A stretch of DNA of 32,000 bases, from sequence record NC_004629.1. One strand, given 5' to 3'. Both the position numbers and the translations under genes were made by a program. Below are positions 25,831-32,000 of the stretch, piece after piece; within the stretch, counting starts at the first letter, position 1, and every line of letters begins with the position of its first letter. The DNA comes from Pseudomonas phage phiKZ. The notes under the pieces were generated by a model that saw nothing but the letters and a program-made list of their open reading frames with translations, did no database searches and had not been told where the DNA came from.

Positions 25831-27771
25831 TTACTGGTAGTTTTCATTACCCATTGCTAACCTACCTTTTATAGACCGATCTACCCATTTTGCGGCGGCC
25901 TCCATGATATCAATGAATGAGTGGTATTGCCGCATTTTATTAACTTCCATCACATCATCATCAATCCCAGGGCCAAAGCATGCGAATAACAAATCATTCC
26001 AATCATAGTAATCGATACCAGCTATTGGACTAGGGTTATCCAACATATCGTAGATTAGTCCTTCCAGTGGATCTGGTAAATCAGGGAACTTGAAGCTAAG
26101 AGTTATCTGACGTTCCAATGCCGATATAATTAAGTTCATGGCCTTAGCTGCTTCTTCTTCAGTAAGAGCTTTGAGTTTACTATCAGTAGATGGATATTTC
26201 GCGACCACGGTGCGAGGTGAATTATAGGTACCCTTACCTGTAATAGTACCGGCAGGCCATTTAACACTAGTCTTGAATCCAGCACGTGCCTTGTCTACGA
26301 TAGCCTTTGCTTCTTTGTATACGTTAGCGTCTAGGTTATGTGCATTCTTAATGAGTAGATCCAATGCAGGTTTAGTCTTCTGCCTGTAAGACTCCATTTC
26401 GCGATTAGACTTTTCTTCGAGTTTGAAGAATGGTTCTACTGCACGAATGGCATCCTCGATACTGACTTTACCATTAATACTCAGTACGTTAGCTATACCA
26501 TTACTATTGATATCGCCAGTAACGAATACCTGCTTATTAAGCCATTGTGGATTGCCAAATGTAGATTCTAGTTGTTCCAGAAATCCTCTTGCACTGGACG
26601 ATGAACGCCAGATACGTTTCTGATCACCTCGATTAGAAATGCCAAGAACTTTTTTGATTGAATCGATAAGACCTTCATTTGAGACTTGTATAAAACCGGG
26701 AGTATTAATGATGGACTTCTCTACATACCCGCCACGAATAACCCGATTTATAAAACCATTAAGACCACTACCAGTTTCGGCCATATCTTTCATGATTTCT
26801 ATATTCGTTTCACCGGCACTTTGGGCATTGTATAAATAATAAGAACCATCTTTGAATTTCAGTATAATCCAGTCATCCCCAGTTAGATATGAATCAATAT
26901 TACTATCATTCATACTTTGATATTTAATGAATTCTGGATTAGTACTTAATACTTCTTCAATGAATTCTTCTAATGCCGCAGAATTATTAATAGCATCAAC
27001 CGGTAGAATTTCACCATCAATGGGTTCAGTAGTTGGACCAGTAACAATGGCAGGTAACGGATCCTCCTCTACAATAACAGTTTCTTCCACTGGTAGAGCA
27101 CCGCAAGATAAATCAATTAGTTTATTAAAACTACTAATGATCTCACCAAGTGCTACAAGAACTGCTGGCTGTTCAACTTGTTCAACTTTAGCAATACCAG
27201 TTTCTGTAAATTCTTCAGTAATTCGGTTATAGACTTCCACTAATTGATTAGTAAGCTCTGCTACTTTTGGCAGAGTCTGCTTAGACAGAGGTTCAACTAC
27301 AGTTGTATCTGCTTCAACAAAAATAGAGTCATCTTCTTCTAAACGGCTAGTATTAGCTGAGCCAGCTGTGAAGTTATAAGGCATATCTTGAATTACTTCA
27401 TTAATTTCAGATGCCTCCATATCTTCATTTAGACGACCACTATAAGTACGCATCATACCTTCTGCTTCTTTAATAGTAGAATGCGCTAAGCGTCCCCAAT
27501 CACCACGCATAATACCGCGCTCGGTAAGACCGCGTGCAGCTGAACCAAGATCAATAGGTTCTTCAATAAATGATTGTTCTTCAACCCACTCCTCATTACT
27601 GTAACATTCTTTTAGAATGGTTTTAAATTTAGTACTAAAGGGTTGTAGAATCTTTTTATCTACTTGTTCAACATTTGTTTTAAAGTGTTCTAGACTTGGT
27701 GTAGCTTTTGAAGATACTTTTTCAGTACCGCTATATAGCGTACGGTTTAGGAAGTTTAGCATTTTATTCAT
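25831..27771 (-). CDS. large hypothetical protein (646 aa), possibly virion-associated
   Basis: Long uninterrupted ORF with acidic/threonine-rich central region; no recognised motif. Confidence 0.75.
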   Translation of the reverse strand: MNKMLNFLNRTLYSGTEKVSSKATPSLEHFKTNVEQVDKKILQPFSTKFKTILKECYSNEEWVEEQSFIEEPIDLGSAARGLTERGIMRGDWGRLAHSTIKEAEGMMRTYSGRLNEDMEASEINEVIQDMPYNFTAGSANTSRLEEDDSIFVEADTTVVEPLSKQTLPKVAELTNQLVEVYNRITEEFTETGIAKVEQVEQPAVLVALGEIISSFNKLIDLSCGALPVEETVIVEEDPLPAIVTGPTTEPIDGEILPVDAINNSAALEEFIEEVLSTNPEFIKYQSMNDSNIDSYLTGDDWIILKFKDGSYYLYNAQSAGETNIEIMKDMAETGSGLNGFINRVIRGGYVEKSIINTPGFIQVSNEGLIDSIKKVLGISNRGDQKRIWRSSSSARGFLEQLESTFGNPQWLNKQVFVTGDINSNGIANVLSINGKVSIEDAIRAVEPFFKLEEKSNREMESYRQKTKPALDLLIKNAHNLDANVYKEAKAIVDKARAGFKTSVKWPAGTITGKGTYNSPRTVVAKYPSTDSKLKALTEEEAAKAMNLIISALERQITLSFKFPDLPDPLEGLIYDMLDNPSPIAGIDYYDWNDLLFACFGPGIDDDVMEVNKMRQYHSFIDIMEAAAKWVDRSIKGRLAMGNENYQ

Positions 27772-27856
27772 GTCTACTCTCTCGTTGATGACTGTTAATA
27801 AGAGTGCTATAGAATTGTTAGCATAAACCCTCCCAATTAAGGGAGGGTCATTATGT

Positions 27857-28270
27857 CTACATTATATCTCGTGTACCATCATTCATTTCAACAACAGTGA
27901 CTTTATCACCAACCTTTGGTTTTTCATTGGTAACTGTTTGAACCATGTACTGCTTGCCATCTGTATTAACAATCAGTTTACATTGAAATGTTTCAGTAGC
28001 ACTAACATTATTACCGACTGCGCCGCCTGCGGCACCACCGATTAAACCACCTACCCAACCTCCAGATTTACCAAAGATTGCTCGACCTAATACAGCGCCT
28101 GCGGTGGCTCCAACCGCACCTCCAACAGTAGTGCCGACAACACTACTATCTTTAGCAACTAGCTGACATTCTGAATGTGCAATAATACCATCTGTAGTTG
28201 ATTTTACTTCAGTTGCTGCAAATAGGACAGTGGACCACATTAAAACTACGAATGCGATAATCTTAATCAT
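27857..28270 (-). CDS. glycine-zipper exported/membrane protein
   Basis: Signal-like N-terminus MIKIIAFVVLMWSTVLFA; VGTTVGGAVGATAGAVLGRAIFGKSGGWVGGLIGGAAGGAVG; ATGA overlap with nrdB stop. Confidence 0.85.
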   Translation of the reverse strand: MIKIIAFVVLMWSTVLFAATEVKSTTDGIIAHSECQLVAKDSSVVGTTVGGAVGATAGAVLGRAIFGKSGGWVGGLIGGAAGGAVGNNVSATETFQCKLIVNTDGKQYMVQTVTNEKPKVGDKVTVVEMNDGTRDIM

Positions 28271-29430
28271 AAGAAGTCAACCTCAAATTCTTCTTCTTCA
28301 CCAACATCATTTACAACGTTGACCATGTAATCAGGCTTCTCTTCTTCCTGAGGAGATGCTTGGGTTGATGAAATATCTAGGTAGTCTTCCATATAAAGAA
28401 GTGGGTTCTTCTCTGGCCAAACAAAATCAAATCCAGCTGATTCTTTAAACTCCACTTGATACTGTTCTACAACATCATTTTCAATACTTAGGAATGTTGC
28501 TGCGGCATTAGCATTGAAAAGTACCCAGTTAATAAGTTTAGTCGCATTAACACCAGTTAGTTCACGACCTTCAGAGAATAGATAATTAATCCAGGTAACT
28601 TCAGTCTTTACAATTTCCCATAGTAGTTCAATGATTTTATCTTTACATTGACTGTAAGCGAGTTTACCGCGTTCAGTTGCCAGTAGTGCACGAATAACTT
28701 CTTGTCCATATTGTGCATGGATTTCGAATTCGTCTTGGGCAATTTTCTTAACAGCGGCTGCAATTTGCTGGAATGCACCAGTACGACCAATAGCAAAGGT
28801 TACTGCAAAGGATGCCATGAACTGGATACGTTCTAGGAAATATAGAGCGATGAAGAACATGAATACTTTATTGTAAAGTTCTTGATCATTGGGTACCTGA
28901 TTAAGAGCATACGCATGAACTGCGTCATGTGCTTCACCCATAGTGCGGGCTACTGCAACCATTCGTTCTTGTGCTTCTTCTACCCTAAGAATTTCGTCTA
29001 GAATAACTTTAGGATCTTTAAAGCTATTACGTACAATTTCAGAATAAGTTAAAGCATGTACGTCTTCATTATCATTAATACGTACATATCCCGCCCATAC
29101 TCGTGAATCTGTCATGACAGGTGATAGAATATTAACAATGGAACGACTGGCTACAGAGTCAGCTTCCCATTGCCAGGCCAGTGTCTTAATCATCATGTCA
29201 TAAGTTGATTTATCACACGTTTCAAATTCTACTAGACAAGTGGAAAAGTCAAATTCTAGCTCATCCCAATCAAGCATCTTTAGACGCTTATATAGCTCCC
29301 ACATTTTAGGATAATGAGTGTGGATTGAATCTAGTAGACCTGGATCATCTCCAAGAATAATTTCCGGTAGATGATAATCACTCTTAGCAACATTGAAGAT
29401 TTTCTTTGGTAGTTGAGATTTAGTAGACAT
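28267..29430 (-). CDS. nrdB: class Ia ribonucleoside-diphosphate reductase beta subunit
   Basis: D...NEDVHALTY (metal ligands plus radical Tyr), RIQFMASFAVTFAIGRTGAF, QDEFEIHAQYGQEV; adjacent to nrdA. Confidence 0.95.
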   Translation of the reverse strand: MSTKSQLPKKIFNVAKSDYHLPEIILGDDPGLLDSIHTHYPKMWELYKRLKMLDWDELEFDFSTCLVEFETCDKSTYDMMIKTLAWQWEADSVASRSIVNILSPVMTDSRVWAGYVRINDNEDVHALTYSEIVRNSFKDPKVILDEILRVEEAQERMVAVARTMGEAHDAVHAYALNQVPNDQELYNKVFMFFIALYFLERIQFMASFAVTFAIGRTGAFQQIAAAVKKIAQDEFEIHAQYGQEVIRALLATERGKLAYSQCKDKIIELLWEIVKTEVTWINYLFSEGRELTGVNATKLINWVLFNANAAATFLSIENDVVEQYQVEFKESAGFDFVWPEKNPLLYMEDYLDISSTQASPQEEEKPDYMVNVVNDVGEEEEFEVDFL

Positions 29431-29530
29431 ATCAGTTCCTTTACAATTTAAAAATATTTCTTACAATAAATAATAGAGGTTAGTATAAATTGGGAATAAC
29501 ACCCTCCCAATTAAGGGAGGGTGTATACAC

Positions 29531-31819
29531 TTAAAGAGTGCACGAACCGCCTGCACACCCAACTTCAGTATTAGTTACCTCAACAGCACGTTCAAGTGAT
29601 TTAATATCAAGTCCTGCTGCTGTTTCTAGATTTACATAATACCGGGTTTTCATTCCACGTTTCACCATGTAGAAGTGATTACCTAGCATTTCATTAGAAG
29701 AGATCTTTTCAGAACCTACAATGCGTCGGTAGAGGTCCGCACTGATTGTTTGATCAGTCCACTTTTGAATAATGGCATAGCAATCAATAAGATCTTTAGT
29801 GGGGATATCATAAGCTGATTCATACACATAGGAGTCATCATCTCCATATGGAGCAGCCCATAGCACACGTGCACCATTATCAGTCTTATTAAGAATTAGG
29901 CGACGTACCGGGTATGGACCATTAGTTGACCCTAGTGCCTTAGATGATGCTTCACCAGGCATGTATGCAGCTAGTACGGAGTGTGCAATACCACCATTCT
30001 CCTTAATTTCTTTCTCTAGCTCATCCCATGGATAAAGTTCTTCAAAGCCACCTTCAATGATAGTATCCACTGACTTATTATAAGTCTTACGTGGAGTCCA
30101 TCCCTCTGGCCATTTAGTCTTATGAATCCAAGGCGCATTCCCGCGTTCTTTAGAAATCTTAAGTGACGCCTTGATAAGGAAGTACATATGCCGTTCAGCA
30201 ATGAAGTGGATTTCAGCTTTACCAGCATCGCTGCTATATTTAAGGCCAGCACGTGCCATATGTGTGGCTAGACCCATGATACCAACACCAGCACTCATTC
30301 GATTCTTAGCGGTTAGTGCAAGGTGTGGGAAAGCATACTCTGCATTAAGGATACAATAGTCAATCATCTTAAGTGCGTAGTAAGCCGCCATTTCATAAGT
30401 TTGCTTATCAGGAACGTTATCCACTGCAATAGCAGCCAGTGAACAAGTAGCAATCTCACCGCGCCCGTGATCCTCACTAGAATAAAGATCTTCCATTCGA
30501 TAGTAAGGCTTAGTGGGTTCTGCGATTTCAAGGCATAGGTTAGAACTGTAAATAGGTTCTTTAAATGGTGTATGATGATTGAGTTCATCAATTTGAGCTG
30601 AATAGATGGTTCCAGTCTCATATGCTTCAACTAGCATTGATTTGAGAAGATCCCGAGCATTTACATAAGTTTTCTCAAATTTAGGATCCGCTTCATATTT
30701 TTCATAAAGCTTAATAAACTTATCAATATCACCACTATAGAAAGCATCATGTAGATCTGGAGCAGTAAATGGATTGAATACAAAGATCATGCCATCTTTC
30801 TGAGCCGCTTTCTTAGCAAAGAACTTATTACTTAGGAATGCATAGTGAAGATCACGGTTCTTCCTATCCTCAGTAGAACGTGGATTACGTAGCTGAGTAA
30901 TCATATCTGCTTCAGGATCGAAAGCACTGTAGTAACACGTAACAGCACCACCTCGACCATTTTGTAGGTTAGCCCTTACTGCTTTACCAATTACATCGAT
31001 GTATGGTTTCTTACCTTGGTGAATGATTAGGCCATTACGGATAGGATCACCAATTGACCTAGTCATTAAGTTAACACCAATGCCTGCTGATGATTGGGTC
31101 ATGATGTTAGCAATATAATCGCCCATTGCCAGTGATACACCATTATCACCAGAAGCAAATAGGCAACATGATGCAAAACCACGAAGCTTAGTACCTAGGT
31201 TAACGTAGTTAGGTGTTGGCGCACTAAGAATTTTATTAGAAAGTAGTTTATAGTAATTCTCCACATGAGTCATGCGAGTTTCAGCTGGCTCTTTTTCAGC
31301 TAGAGCCATTGCCATTCGCATATATACAAACTGGGCAGTCTCATATTCTTGACCAGTTTTACGATTACGTAGAGCATACTTTCCACGAATGTGATGAAGT
31401 GAAAAATGCGGACAAAGTAGGTCAAGATCGTGATCAATGATCTTTTCAATCTGAGCGTATTCTTTACTACTATAATCTAATTTAACAATGATACCATCTT
31501 TACGCATCCTGGTTTGAAGCGCTTTAACAGTTGGGATGCCATTTAGACCATAGAACTTCTTACGAAGATAAATCGCATATAGTCTACCAGCCATTAGATA
31601 ATAAGACCATGTCTTACGATTTAAACATTCTTCAATAAGTTGTAATTGTAGTTCTTGTGATGAAGTTTTATCACCAAGAGCTTGAACAGCATCCATCACA
31701 ACACTACTCCAATCCACCTTATCGCCAAGATGTTGGGCTGCCCATTCACCCCAACCATTAATCTTAGCAGGTGAGTATGCTTCTTCAGTACCGTCTAGTT
31801 TAATGATAGTTTTTAACAT
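29531..31819 (-). CDS. nrdA: class Ia ribonucleoside-diphosphate reductase alpha subunit
   Basis: ATP-cone-like N-terminus, SSAGIGVNLMTRSIG, SSNLCLEI, MAYAFPHLALTAKNRMSAGVGIMG-like region, C-terminal CAGGSCTL; ATG at 31819 has GGAAA upstream (track start 31870). Confidence 0.96.
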   Translation of the reverse strand: MLKTIIKLDGTEEAYSPAKINGWGEWAAQHLGDKVDWSSVVMDAVQALGDKTSSQELQLQLIEECLNRKTWSYYLMAGRLYAIYLRKKFYGLNGIPTVKALQTRMRKDGIIVKLDYSSKEYAQIEKIIDHDLDLLCPHFSLHHIRGKYALRNRKTGQEYETAQFVYMRMAMALAEKEPAETRMTHVENYYKLLSNKILSAPTPNYVNLGTKLRGFASCCLFASGDNGVSLAMGDYIANIMTQSSAGIGVNLMTRSIGDPIRNGLIIHQGKKPYIDVIGKAVRANLQNGRGGAVTCYYSAFDPEADMITQLRNPRSTEDRKNRDLHYAFLSNKFFAKKAAQKDGMIFVFNPFTAPDLHDAFYSGDIDKFIKLYEKYEADPKFEKTYVNARDLLKSMLVEAYETGTIYSAQIDELNHHTPFKEPIYSSNLCLEIAEPTKPYYRMEDLYSSEDHGRGEIATCSLAAIAVDNVPDKQTYEMAAYYALKMIDYCILNAEYAFPHLALTAKNRMSAGVGIMGLATHMARAGLKYSSDAGKAEIHFIAERHMYFLIKASLKISKERGNAPWIHKTKWPEGWTPRKTYNKSVDTIIEGGFEELYPWDELEKEIKENGGIAHSVLAAYMPGEASSKALGSTNGPYPVRRLILNKTDNGARVLWAAPYGDDDSYVYESAYDIPTKDLIDCYAIIQKWTDQTISADLYRRIVGSEKISSNEMLGNHFYMVKRGMKTRYYVNLETAAGLDIKSLERAVEVTNTEVGCAGGSCTL

Positions 31820-32000
31820 TGTTAATTTCCAATTGTGAGTCGTAAGTTCATGTGAAAAAGTATTCAACATATCTTTAGATCAACTAAGTATTTTTACGAC
31901 CCATTTTAAATGAATTTAGTTGATCTATTGTAAAAGCATATTATGGTACATTGGATATCTTTATCTTAAAAACCTCTGTAGCCTTAGTGCCTTAAGGGTT

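Noticed and set aside
26423-27232. Plus-strand ORFs (26423-26623, 26639-26839, 26927-27232, and 27617-27826 just beyond)
   Set aside because: Antisense to the long 646-aa coding frame.
28608-30630. Small ORFs 28608-28796, 30016-30252, 30171-30359 and 30364-30630
   Set aside because: Alternative frames within nrdB and nrdA.

Overview
This window looks like part of a large lytic phage genome, probably a jumbo-type phage of Gammaproteobacteria (that placement is inference). Bases ~1-17,100 form a dense + strand array of about 35 small, mostly unrecognisable genes, separated by strong SD sites and UUCG-type terminators. The array includes a BCS1-like AAA+ ATPase (11351-12877). After a bidirectional terminator at ~17,110 the coding switches to the minus strand. 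That half carries tRNA genes for Thr(TGT), Asn(GTT), Asp(GTC), Ile2(CAT), Pro(TGG) and Leu(TAA), an HNH endonuclease, a kelch-like protein, a glycine-zipper protein and class Ia ribonucleotide reductase (nrdB, nrdA). The most unusual locus is 20507-21356. There a tRNA-Asn gene is broken exactly in its anticodon loop by ~0.77 kb containing a second complete tRNA (long variable arm, but a GTT/Asn anticodon), a palindromic hairpin and an HNH endonuclease gene. Other leads are a compact GC-rich RNA with a candidate pseudoknot upstream of a terminator (14855-14951), the BCS1-like ATPase with a ~110-aa insertion in its AAA module, and a multi-hairpin intergenic region at 25681-25817. All calls were made by reading the sequence. 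No database searches or folding software were used.
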